Source: Octopus vulgaris
Lineage: Eukaryota
Reading direction: 5' to 3'
Length of the DNA: 64,000 nucleotides
Assembly (NCBI GenBank): GCA_951406725.2
Contig: OX597827.1
Span: 78,802,001 to 78,866,000 of the forward strand
Below the pieces are notes generated by a model that saw only the letters and a list, made by a program, of their open reading frames with translations, was not told the DNA's origin and made no database searches. The position numbers were made by a program, and so were the translations under genes. Positions within the stretch are counted from its first letter, which is position 1. The number at the start of each line of letters is the position of its first letter. This document shows, in pieces, positions 1 through 11,062 of this stretch.

Positions 1-2
1 CA

Positions 3-1586
3 TTTCAATTGAGCCTCAACGATAATTATTCTCCCCACTTGTCAAATAGTCATGACTCTAACTTTGACTCCAAATGCAATGGTTCCGCAGCGAAAAGCTT
101 CCAGTGTAAGATCTGCCTGAAGCAGTTTGCTCAGCGATATTACTTACAAATCCATCACCGTATACACACAGGAGAGAAGCCGTTCCACTGTGATCTCTGT
201 CCGAAACAATTTGTACGGAAAGACTCTCTACAAATCCACAGACGCTCCCACACTGGCGAAAGACCGTTCCAGTGTGATATTTGTCTGAAACATTTTGCAC
301 AAAAACATTATTTGCTGATCCATGAAAAGACTCACAGCAATGAAAAGCCATTCAAATGTGATATATGCTTCAAACATTTTGCTCAGAGACATTACTTGCA
401 GGTCCATCAAAAGACACACACTGGCCAGAAACATTATGAATGTGATATCTGTAAAGAACAGTTTACCCATAAAGATTACCTTCAAATTCACAGGCGTAGT
501 CACACAGGTGAGAAACCATTTCAATGTGACATGTGTATTCAGAAGTTTTCTCGTAAAGATACGTTGGTTATCCACAGACGTATTCACACAGGTGAAAAGC
601 CGTTCGAGTGTAACTTTTGTCACAAGATGTTTGCACAGAGAAGTAAGTTGCACATCCATAAACGGACACACATTCGCAAGAAATCGCATCAGTGCAACGT
701 GTGTCAGAAACAGTTTGCTCAGCGCTATTATCTGCACATCCACATGCAGTCGCACTCAGACGAGAAACCATTCAAATGTAATTATTGCCAGAAGCCATTT
801 GCACAGAAATATTACCTTCATATTCATCAACGGGTTCATACTGGAGAGAAACCATTCAGCTGTGAAGTGTGCCTGAAACGCTTCGCTCGTAGAGATACTC
901 TTCAGGTTCACAAGCGAACGCACACAGGTGAAAAACCATTCCAATGTGAGATCTGTAACCAACTGTTTGCCCAGAAAGACAAACTTCAAATTCACAAGCG
1001 TACACACTCGGGCGAAAAGCCATTTTGTTGTGATTATTGTAGCAGGCAATTTTCACAGCGAAATACACTGCAGCTTCATCTTCGAATTCATACTGGAGAA
1101 AAGCCTTTCAAATGTGAAATCTGCCACAAGAACTTTGCTCAGCGGAATTATTTGGTGATTCACAGACGAACACACACCGGAGAGAAACCATTCCATTGCG
1201 AAAAATGTGGTCAGAAATTTGCTCGCCAAGACACCCTGCAGATCCACTTGCGTACCCACATGGGGATACACCCTGTCCCCTGCGAGATCTGTGGTAGGAA
1301 ATTTATAAATATGGAGAAGCTGCAAATTCATAAAGATTCGGTTCATGATAACGGCGGCAGTGACAATGGTAATGCGAATGAGAACAATACGGAAGCGAGG
1401 GAGAAAGAACTGACCATGTTGTGTGATGTTTCTCCAAAGACTGAAGAATATGTCTTACAGGAAGGTGGAGATATTGTGTCAGCTGAGACGGCAGGGACAG
1501 AAGAAGACGCAGAGGAAGGAGACAAAGCTGAGAAACCTATCCATGAATTTCCATCAGTCACTAACTACCTGTGGCACACTATTTAA
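3..1586 (+). CDS. C2H2 zinc-finger transcription factor, 3' portion: 15 tandem fingers plus acidic C-terminal tail; 5' end lies outside the window
   Basis: Fifteen C-x2-C-x12-H-x3/4-H units, mostly with TGEKP-type linkers. The frame is open to the window edge (ttt caa ttg...), so the ORF-track start at 9 is only a TTG. Stop TAA at 1584-1586; E/D-rich tail. Confidence 0.95.
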   Translation, partial: FQLSLNDNYSPHLSNSHDSNFDSKCNGSAAKSFQCKICLKQFAQRYYLQIHHRIHTGEKPFHCDLCPKQFVRKDSLQIHRRSHTGERPFQCDICLKHFAQKHYLLIHEKTHSNEKPFKCDICFKHFAQRHYLQVHQKTHTGQKHYECDICKEQFTHKDYLQIHRRSHTGEKPFQCDMCIQKFSRKDTLVIHRRIHTGEKPFECNFCHKMFAQRSKLHIHKRTHIRKKSHQCNVCQKQFAQRYYLHIHMQSHSDEKPFKCNYCQKPFAQKYYLHIHQRVHTGEKPFSCEVCLKRFARRDTLQVHKRTHTGEKPFQCEICNQLFAQKDKLQIHKRTHSGEKPFCCDYCSRQFSQRNTLQLHLRIHTGEKPFKCEICHKNFAQRNYLVIHRRTHTGEKPFHCEKCGQKFARQDTLQIHLRTHMGIHPVPCEICGRKFINMEKLQIHKDSVHDNGGSDNGNANENNTEAREKELTMLCDVSPKTEEYVLQEGGDIVSAETAGTEEDAEEGDKAEKPIHEFPSVTNYLWHTI

Positions 1587-2069
1587 TCGTGTATCCCTTC
1601 TTCACAATCACAAACTTACCTGTGATGCAGTAAATTAGCATGTGTTGTGTCCTCTCTCTCCACATTTTCTACCGCTACTATTGTGGCCTCTGCTCTTCAG
1701 AGTTGACTGATCTTGTGCTACTCCTACTCAGGCAATTCTGACTCGTTCGTCCCCCCCCCCCCCGTCATCCCTCTGGAATCCTCCCTGTGTCCATGTTTTA
1801 CCTACGACTGTCATCTTGCAATTTTTCAAGAGCCGCATTAAGCACATTTATTTCACTGGTGTCAGTGAACCCGCGAAGCCCTAACCCGCTTCCTTCAGAC
1901 CAAACCCCCCTCTCTCCCCCACTCACACACACAAACTCTCTAACTCTCATCACAGTCACAAGCTACTTGAAGCATGGCCATCTCACTGTGTCTTCAAATA
2001 CGTTCTTGTTATTGTTTTTACTAACCATCACTGATATAGGCTGGGTCGAATCTATGGTACACTGCTGTA

Positions 2070-2370
2070 TCCTATATATATATATATATTTATATATACA
2101 TATACACACACACACAAACTCATACATGTATATATAGACATGCATATATTCATAATTTATAATTACATACATACACATATATACATGCACACACACATGC
2201 ATAATGCAGGCATAATATATATACATTATATATATATATACATACACACACACAAACTCATACATGTATATATAGACATGCATACATTCGTAATTTATAA
2301 TTACATACATACACATATATACATGCACACACGCATGCATAATGCAGGCATAATATATATACATATATAC

Positions 2371-2401
<31 letters not shown>

Positions 2402-2500
2402 AACTCATGCATGTATATATAGACATGCATATATTCGTAATTTATAATTACACATATACACATATATATGCGTGCACACATGCATAATGCAGGCATTATA
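2070..2500. repeat. Minisatellite of ~130-bp units with embedded TA/CA microsatellites
   Basis: About three copies of 'aaactcatacatgtatatatagacatgcata...taatttataattacatacat...gcataatgcaggcata'. Confidence 0.85.
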
Positions 2501-2859
2501 TATACACACATCCATGCACACATACGAACATAAGTAAACATATATACATATATAGACAAAAACCTGCACATATCCATATATAGGCTAACATGCATACAAA
2601 TACAGGCGTATACAGCCTGCATGTATACAATGCACACATATAAACACTGGCAAACATGTGCATAGATACACATATACAGACTTGTTTCCTGTTTACAATA
2701 GTGTAGAAATGGCCTGGAATTTGGCTACTATTTCTAGCAGGTTGAGTCAGTGAGTAAAGGCTCCCTGTAATGTCAAATGTGGTTTTGAAACTGAGGGAAA
2801 ACATGGAATATCGGCGATGCTGAACCATCCACCTTCCTGTAGTTGTTATTATTGTTGTT

Positions 2860-3035
2860 ATTGTTTAACTCTAATTGAGCAGACATTCGATAAAAGGCGT
2901 TCCAGCCATAACCATCCCTGTTAATTTTTTTGTGTATCAGGGAAAGTCCTAACACATTCTTTCTTATTTAAGATGGTAGGGTCTAATTTCAGAGAGATTT
3001 GGCTGTTATTTTTAGCATGTCAGTTGACCACATTC
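2860..3035. mobile_element. Old short interspersed repeat (family F); other copies near 10465-10590, 18917-19130, 20810-21000, 35950-36225, 41960-42150, 42370-42570, 47835-48020, 58683-58870
   Basis: Shared motifs 'ttccagccatgaccatcc' and 'gagatttggctgttatttctagca' (or their reverse complements) at all sites. Confidence 0.65.
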
Positions 3036-3304
3036 CCCCTGTTACCATCATGGTCATATAAGCCCACTTCTTCCACCACCTGTTTTCTTCATATTTCTGA
3101 GGAGTGACTGAACATTTGTACCCTAAATGTACCCTTCTACCAGATGTACTAGGCTAACAAATATGTATGTGAGCTACTATTACTTTAGATCTAACACAGT
3201 GTGTGTGTGTGTGTGTTTATATATATATATATATGGAAGTATGCACTGAAGAATATATTTTATATATATATGCATGTGTATGTATGTGTGTGTGTATGTA
3301 TATA

Positions 3305-4403
3305 CAGGGTGTCCCAAGATTAAGGCAACCAACTTTTTTCAATTTTGTCAAAGCAAAATATTGTTATATTTCAGGTTCAAGCATTGCAATGCAATGGTAA
3401 GGGAAACCCAATCCTAATACTCCCACACTTATTCAATACGACCAGCTCTGTTTTGAATCACAGTCTTAAGTCTAGGTGCGAATGCTTCACACACGGTATG
3501 TGGCTGTTCTTGCAGGAATTGAAGTCCATTCTTGGTGCAGTTTTGCCTTCAGAGTGTTGAGCGAAGCATGAGGAGTGCTCGAGACCTTCGTCTCCAAAAT
3601 GAACCAGAAAAATCTAACGGGTTGTGATTGGGACTGCTTGAGGGCCATACATCCTTGCCTATGAACAACAGAATGTTTTTCTGAATCCAGTGTTGTGGGA
3701 TGGTGCTGAGTCCTGTTGGAGGCTCCAAGGTGCACTTTGGAAGTGCTTATTTGCCTATGGAAGCAGTTTAGCTTTCAGAATGTTTGCTAATGTATCGCAG
3801 GGTGTTAATTTTAATACCTGAGGATACAAAAACGAGGGGAGACCTTCCAGTGGTTGTGACAGCCACCCAAACCATAATTGACTGGATTTTGATGTTGATT
3901 TATGAGTCTACCCTCAACGGAGCCAGACACACTCCAAAGTTGGTCATTTAGGGGGTTTACTGTCTGCTCGATGCCAAATTTCTTTTCATCAGTGAACACC
4001 AGGTGGGGCAGCATGCCTTCAGTAATTTGATGCAGGATAAGACTATGACGTGGACTCATGATAGCAGATCATCTTGTAGGGGTGGGTCCTGACATCCTCC
4101 TTCAACACCAAATGCATCAATGTTCAGCCTATTTTTGCTGTGACCACCAGTTTTCCGATGGTACAATGAGGATTTTGCTGTATCTTTTCTCTAGTACTTT
4201 TGATAAACCGAGGGGTCTGCACACTTATGATTGTATTTCAGTCTATAGCCATTATGTAATTTATAAATCTGAATTTATTTAGTCTGAAACAAAAGGAAGA
4301 CACACTAAGCTTTTATAATGATGGATAATTTTCATATCCTATCACATTTATTGATAGTTATTAAAGCCTGAAACTTCAGTTGCCTTAATTTTGGGACACC
4401 CTC
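3305..4403 (-). mobile_element. Tc1/mariner-superfamily DNA transposon, DD37D/maT-like, degenerate transposase with both TIRs
   Basis: TIRs cagggtgtcccaagattaaggcaac (3305-3329) and gttgccttaattttgggacaccctc (4379-4403), TA on both sides. Minus-strand peptide LVFTDEKKF...NPLNDQLWS and a QQDSAPSH remnant; frameshifts and stops. Confidence 0.9.
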
Positions 4404-4427
4404 TACATATATAAAACACATTCCATA

Positions 4428-4518
4428 TGTGAGGCTCTGATGAAACTGTAAGGTGTTATTCAACTATAAGTCCACTGCATCATATAGTGGAAACAGCTGT
4501 AAGCTATTGAAGTTCACA
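4428..4518 (+). ncRNA. Type I hammerhead ribozyme-like motif (Penelope/retrozyme type)
   Basis: gct-CTGATGA(4437-4443)-stem II (actgta..ggtgt/gcatc..tatagt)-GAAAC(4490-4494)-agct-GTA-agc. Palindromic stem III ACAGCTGT; distal stem I tgtgag/ttcaca; A.G mismatch at the base of stem II. Confidence 0.65.
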
Positions 4519-4548
4519 AGATAATCATTTATTCCTTTGTCATCTCTG

Positions 4549-4588
<40 letters not shown>

Positions 4589-6109
4589 ATAATTGTTTGA
4601 GGGAATATTATTCCTAACTTACAGGGAAAAATTCAATTTAGAAATACTAAATCAAATTTCACAAAATATAATATATATGTATAAAAATTAGAAAAAAACA
4701 CCTTTTATCAATTCAAAATGAACAATTAAATTACACCATCTAGAAAATTATATATAATAGAAATATTACAAATAAAATAACAATAATATACCGATGATTA
4801 AGTAAATTGCAAAATAATAATAAAAACATATATATATATATGCTAATACTTTTTTGTAGAGTACATATGTATTATTTTGCAATGTTGATAGTGAGTTCGA
4901 AGTCACTGTCAGCATTCGTCCTGTAAATATTTGATGAATATGTATTCTTCTGAAGAGTATTGAATAATCTTTAAATGTTAAATTGTTTTTCTATATAACT
5001 TGACGTAAAAACAAATATTAATGCACACACACACACACACATATACATACATACACATATATATAATCACCATCATCATTTAATGTCCATCTTCCATGCT
5101 GGCATGGGTTGGACAGTTTGACAGGAGCTGGCCAGCCAAAGGATTGCACCAGGTTCCAATGTCTGCTTTGGTACGGATCCTTAGAGTTATAGGCCCTTCC
5201 TAACACCAGCCACATGTTGATATATGTATATATAAATGCATGTATATGTGTATGTCTATATGTATGTATATATATATGTGTGTGTGTTTGTCTGTGTGTG
5301 TGTGTGTGTGTAAATGTTAATATATATATATGTGTATGTATGTATCTCTATGTATTGTATGTATATGTATGTGTATGTATATATGTATGTGTATGTATAT
5401 ATGTTTGTGTGTATATATACATATATGTACATGTATATATGTATGTAAATGTATGTATATATATATGTGTGTGTGTATATATATATATATATACATGTAT
5501 ATGTATATATATATATGTATATATGTATGTATATATATATATGTATATATGTATGTATATGTATCTATATGTATGTATGTATATATATATATATATATAT
5601 ATATAAGGAGTAGACAATGACCACACACACACACACACGTACGTGTGTGTATGTGTCTTCATATCTATGTCTGTATACATGTTTATGTATATATATGTAT
5701 GTATATATATATGCGTGTGTATGTATATATATATATACACGTGTGTTTAGGGTCGTGGAAGGGTCATTAAACCTGTATGCAGCCCTGTCCTTTAGATACT
5801 GCTGGTGTTGTTTAATGGTCTGGCAAGGGCCAATAAAGCAGACCACCACTGTGTCTTCTTGACATAACTATCAAAAGAGAAAGAGCCTGAAAAGATACCA
5901 CAAGGCATCTTACCCAATTTTCCAACATTTCTGCCAATCCACTGCCCTGGACTGCTATCCTAATTCGTGATCTTAAAACAATCCTCAGCAGGAGTTGATT
6001 TCAGATTGTAGTTGGAACAAATCCTCCAAGGCCTTCCATCCGATGCTCAACTGGTCAGATCAATTTACTGACTTATATATATTGCAAGTGTAAGATAAAC
6101 TGACAGGGC

Positions 6110-6700
6110 ATGCTTTTCATTTTCTCAATCACACTCTTCTCCCATTTGTTATGCATCATTACACCCTTTCGCTGTTCTTTATTCTCCCAGACTGTCTTCT
6201 TCTCTCATTGTTTATCACTTGTTGTGTTTGCATTATTATAACCTCGGAAATAGACAAATGTCTTCTGTAATGGTCAAAATAAATTTTCAGGTGATTAGTC
6301 TAGAGTAACACATGGATGTAAATAGAAAAGTTACCTGTATATTTTTCTTATCAACTGATATAGTATGAATTTTTACGTTTTTATTTAAAAAATATGTGGA
6401 GTATCCTGAATGCTTTGGAAGGAGTTTTAGGAAAACTTAATTAACTAACAAAACTGAAGAAATAATGTAAGAAGAGAGGATAAAATGGAGTTTTTAATAT
6501 ATAATTATTCTGATTTTTGTTGTTAATTTAATTAATATAGATTGATTGATCCAGAGTATAATTATTACCTGTAACATCTGCTGAATAAAAAAAGAAATAG
6601 CACAGATTTACTCTTATTGTGCAAAATATCAATAAAGTTTATTTTGTATCAGTTGGTGATATAAAATATAAAAATTATATGACTTAGTAAAATCATATGT
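6110..6700 (+). other. Non-coding block paralogous to 50775-52520
   Basis: Collinear shared motifs, e.g. ttggaaggagtttta, aaacttaat, aacaaaact, aaaatggagtttttaa, tttaattaa.atag, aaca.ctgctgaa, gttggtga. Confidence 0.8.
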
Positions 6701-8581
6701 ATATTAAATTTTACATGTTATAGTATGTGTATATGTGTTTGTGTGTGCACATATATATATATATATATATATATGAATGATATATTCTATATAGGTGATT
6801 ATATGTATTATTCTAACCCTCTAACCCATGCTAACATGTAGACTAGGTATTGAATAATGCTGATGATTATATGTGTGTGAACAGAACAGACACTTGATAA
6901 ATTCTATAAGTTATTGGCTTTTGAACAGTATTGACTTTTTTGGGGTCCCAAATTGGTCTTCTTTATTTTTCCTTTAATTTTTTTTATTTTATGTAGGATT
7001 GAGTCCATTATTATAAATATTGTTACTGATTTGCAAGACTCTTTTGTTTCATTATTTCAACTTTATATCAGTATTTTTTTAAATTTAAAATATTGCTGCC
7101 ACATATGATGTCGCATGTGTAAGTCAGTGAACCTTCATTTGACTTTCTGAAGTTTAATATAATTTATGAAATGAACTTCCTACACTCTACATATGTCTTT
7201 GTTAGCTCACATTTGTCAAAGAACATTTTCTCAAAAACATATAGGTGACGTCCATCTCACAGGACTATTAAGGTAGAAATCTGTTCTTGGTCTCAAGCAA
7301 TTTAGATGAACTTACATAATGAGAGTTATTTAGAAAGAACTTTCTGCTGTGACAGCATTTACACCATATAAGTTGGTGGTTTCCAGGTTAATTATTCTTG
7401 TCATGAAATGTTTGGAAATTTTTAGTAAATAATGAAAAAATAAGTTCTATATTTTTAATAATGAAACACAAGAAAATATTTGGACCCAGAAAAGTCAGCA
7501 GTTCCAACCAATGCATTTAATACTAATGGGCATAGGGCTATGCACAAAATTAGGAAAGTAATATATATGTGTGTGTGTATACATATATGTACATAAGTGT
7601 GTGTGTATGTATATATATTGAAAGTATTAGTATTGTTTCACTTTCTGAAAATGTTCAGTTGCTGGTATTTTGGCATTTTTAAAAATGAAAATGTAAAGTG
7701 TTACAAATTCATATATATTTATATTTATATACATGAAGATAATTAGAATTGAAAACACTGTGACTAAGTAAAAGTTTACTCACATTTTTTTTACATCTTT
7801 CCTCAATTCATTGCCTCTTTTCTTTATTCTCCCACACTGTTTTTTTCTCTCAGTTTCTCCTTTTCCTCTTTTAACCTAGCCTCACTCACTCCTTGCAGTA
7901 GAGGAGGAGGAGGAGAATGTAAAGAAAGGAAAGGATGTGTAGCTAATTTCTTTTTTAGTTTGTAGTAAAAAAGAAAGTGACAAATATGTAAGATCCAACA
8001 TACCAACTTACATGTAAACTCCCTTGATCTTCATCAGTGATCTAGTAATACATTAAGAGGTTATGGGACTCTTGTTTTATGCATATACATTTGTATCCAT
8101 GTTTGTAAACATTTGTTTTGCAATTAGTCTTTTAACAGATGTATATATGAGTCTATATATGTGGCATGTGTATTGGTCTGTATTTGGATTTATGTATTCC
8201 GTGTAATCTGTTGACCTCACACATTGTTAGATTTTTCTTACTTTCTCTCTCCCCAATTCTCTTAACCCCCCCCCCCCCCAATCCATCCTCTCAGACTCTT
8301 CTTTTTTCATTGTCCCCTACTCATTCGTCACCTTCACGGCTGTACATTATAGACATTGTCTTTTCGTTTCCGGTGACACACACACACACATTTATCTAGA
8401 GATTATTGTTAGTCTCTCTCTCTCTGAAGACTGGCTCTTTGGATTCTCTTGTTTTGTAGTCGAGTCTCATAGAGTTAAGACAAAACTGTTTTTATTATAT
8501 TTAAAACCAGAATATGAAAAAGTCACCATAAACAAGAGATGTCAACCATCTCAGCTGGCCCCTGGATATACACAAGCTTAA

Positions 8582-8786
8582 CACTTTCGTTACCATATTT
8601 CTGTTGAGATGTTCTGTGTTTCTTTGAATTACTTTAAATATAACAAAGAATTTAGTAAAATAACTTCGTGATCATTCAGCTAGTGTTAGGAACATAAATT
8701 GTGACTAAGGTTTGGTGGAAGATTTTAATTCAAAACTTATGAAAACAAGACATTTGTACTCAGAGCCAGAGCCGTTTTCAGCCGGG
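8582..8786 (+). mobile_element. piggyBac-like MITE with TTAA flanks; related copies at 55805-56024 (inverted), 12248-12520 (two partial tandem copies) and ~48300-48420
   Basis: TTAA at 8578-8581 and 8787-8790; the body matches the reverse complement of 55805-56024. Confidence 0.8.
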
Positions 8787-8900
8787 TTAAATGCATCTTT
8801 CTATAATCATATAGAAATAGACACACATGCATTACCAATAGATTTTAACGTTTGTCTATCTCTGTCCTTCTTTCTCTCTTTATGTGTGTCTGAGTGTGTG

Positions 8901-8934
<34 letters not shown>

Positions 8935-8935
8935 G

Positions 8936-9039
8936 TATTGTTATCTTTGTTGACAGACTTCTGATCTGTTCCAGTGAGTTAGCTCCTTATCAAAGGATGA
9001 AAACAGATCATAGATCTTCCACCAACAAAGATAGTAATA
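8936..9039 (+). other. Long RNA hairpin in the probable ZNF 3' UTR
   Basis: tattgttatctttgttg pairs with caacaaagatagtaata (17 bp, two G.U pairs) and tgatctgtt pairs with aacagatca (9 bp). Confidence 0.6.
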
Positions 9040-9120
9040 AATTGCATTGACTCAATTAACTAGTATTGAGTCCTTTTACTCATTTTATTGTCTCTATTAT
9101 TCTAACAACCAATCATATCT

Positions 9121-9158
<38 letters not shown>

Positions 9159-9741
9159 TCAGATTGTGTATATTGTTATAAACTGTGAATCTCCACACTC
9201 CTCAACCTACAAATGTTAATGTAGGTTTAGTTTGAAAGGCTTTTTTTTGAACTCTAGTACTGCTGGTTCAATCCTTACTGGCAGCAGCTGCTGTTACTGA
9301 TTTCATCTCTCTGGTGTCTGTTAGTGAGATGAAGCTGAGTTGTTGTAGAAACTTTCCCCTGAGTTAGTCCATCACCCTGGCTAAACAAAAGCACAAGCAA
9401 ACAGTTGGTATCCCATCACGGGACTGGCTTGTAATGATATAACTATATAAACTGTTGTTTTTAGTCCTGCCTCATCACGGATCTTCATTGTAAATGGAAT
9501 TAATTTTTTTTTTTAAAGATTTTTCTTAGCACTGCTGTGTTGTCTGAAGACTGAATATTTGGATTCACTCAGTGTCATTTATCCTGGCAATAACATCTGT
9601 TAATTCTTTCTCCATTTCCTTCCTTTCTTGATGAGGTCTTCTCTTAACGACAGGTAGACCTCAAGGGAGGCAGAGGTAAGAATATGTAAAATAATTTTTT
9701 TTTTTTAAATTTAATGTCGGAATCTGTAAAAGTCTGAGGTG

Positions 9742-10010
9742 AATAAATAAAAGAGTGAGAAAAAATAATCAACAGAACATCATCGTTAAAGAGAATGAAT
9801 TTTAACAAAAATCAAACTGGAAAAAAAAACCAAAAAAAACCTTAAATAAATGACGAATAAAATAAAATAAAAAATAATTAAGAACTAAATCTATAAACAT
9901 TGGAAGTGAATGTAAAGAGGAACCGAAAACTGTTTGATGTAAAACTTGTATTGATCCTCAACTGATTGTTGCAAATAAATCTCTTGTTCCGCTCTTTGGT
10001 TTCATTGTTA
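9742..10010 (+). terminator. Cluster of AATAAA signals; candidate polyadenylation site of the ZNF gene
   Basis: Several AATAAA between 9742 and 9871 and a last one at 9974-9979, followed by U/GU-rich sequence (tctcttgttcc...tttggtttcattgtt). Confidence 0.4.
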
Positions 10011-10689
10011 CAGCTGGTCGTGTTTGCTGTCAAACTACATCATTATGGATTTGTTGTTATTTACCCCGAGTCAACTTTGATCAATAGGGCTGCATTGAGG
10101 GGCCCTAGGCACTTAAAAGATTTGGTGCCCACAACCCAATATATATGTAACTCAAAATATAAACAATAATAAACCATAACATGAAATTTTATTTTTCGTA
10201 ATGAAACAAAACTAAGAATAAGATAGAAAATAATGTTCATTTTTGAATAATTTTATTTCATTTATATTTTAAATGGTTTTTAATTGCCATCTGATCAGAT
10301 CTGCACTTTGATGCCATGAACACTTCAAAATTATATTTCCAATCATAGAAACCATTTTGAATATTATTTTAGCAAGTTTAAAATGATTTCTTTTTTGTTC
10401 TAAATCATTTACCATTCCTGTGGTGCCCCGCTTCCCTCGATGCCCCCCAGCGCTGTTGATCCAAGATGTGTAGTTCCAGCCATGACCATTCTGTCTCCTT
10501 TTCAGATACAGAGTATCAAAGATGTGCTCTTCATTTTCATAAGCCTGTAGTGTGTGATAGGAAGTTCATTTGGCTGTTATTACCTATTGGTCAGGTTTTC
10601 TGAATGTTTTTGAATTCAATGGGAGACTGGAGATCAAGGAGAAGCTTGCTGATGCACCTCACATAGAAATAAAATAACTGGTGCACCTT

Positions 10690-11062
10690 ATCATCATCAT
10701 TTAACATCCGCTTTCCATGCTGGCATGGGTTGGACGGTTTGACTGAGGGCTGGCAAGCCAGGAGGCTGCATCAGGCTCCAATCTGATCAGGCAATGTTTC
10801 TACAGCTGGATACCCTTCCTAATGCCAACCACTCCAAGAGTGTAGTGGGTGCTTTTTATGTACCACCGGCATGGGGGCCAATCAGGTGGTACTGGAATCA
10901 ACTACAATGGAAAGGTGCTTTTCATGTGCCATTCGCACAGGACCAGTCAGGCAGCACTGGCATTGACCACGCTTGAATGGTGCTTTTTACATGCCACCAG
11001 CATGGGAGCCAGTCAGGCAGCACTGGTATTGACCACGCTTGAATGGTGCTTTTTACATGCCT
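10690..11062 (-). mobile_element. RTE-LINE 3'-end-derived repeat (family C, (GAT)n tail); other minus copies near 5066-5212, 15164-15360, 21945-22130, 22356-22670, 28313-28530, 29549-29760, 48430-48650, 53152-53670
   Basis: (cat)n-ttaacatccgctttccatgc...ctggatgcccttcctaatgccaacc..., the same sequence that follows the RTE ORF at 49038-49507. Confidence 0.85.

Noticed and set aside
9-11. Start codon of the ZNF ORF
   Set aside because: It is TTG and the frame stays open to the window edge; the true start or exon boundary is upstream.
58-1638. Antisense and alternative-frame ORFs over the ZNF
   Set aside because: Shadows of the repetitive ZNF coding sequence, with no recognisable domains.
6394-6444. 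smORF MWSILNALEGVLGKLN*, in frame with MWLSISCVLEGVLRKLNEPTKLMENISERADKMEFLK* at 51261-51374
   Set aside because: Copy 1 stops early and the downstream spacing differs by a non-multiple of three. Conservation continues outside the ORF, so a non-coding explanation fits better, though coding is not fully excluded.
9628-9738. C/D-box snoRNA (TGATGA...CTGA)
   Set aside because: Weak terminal stem and no recognisable guide; such motifs are expected by chance.
10087-10455. hAT-like MITE
   Set aside because: Only one plausible end; no TIR pair or 8-bp TSD could be identified.
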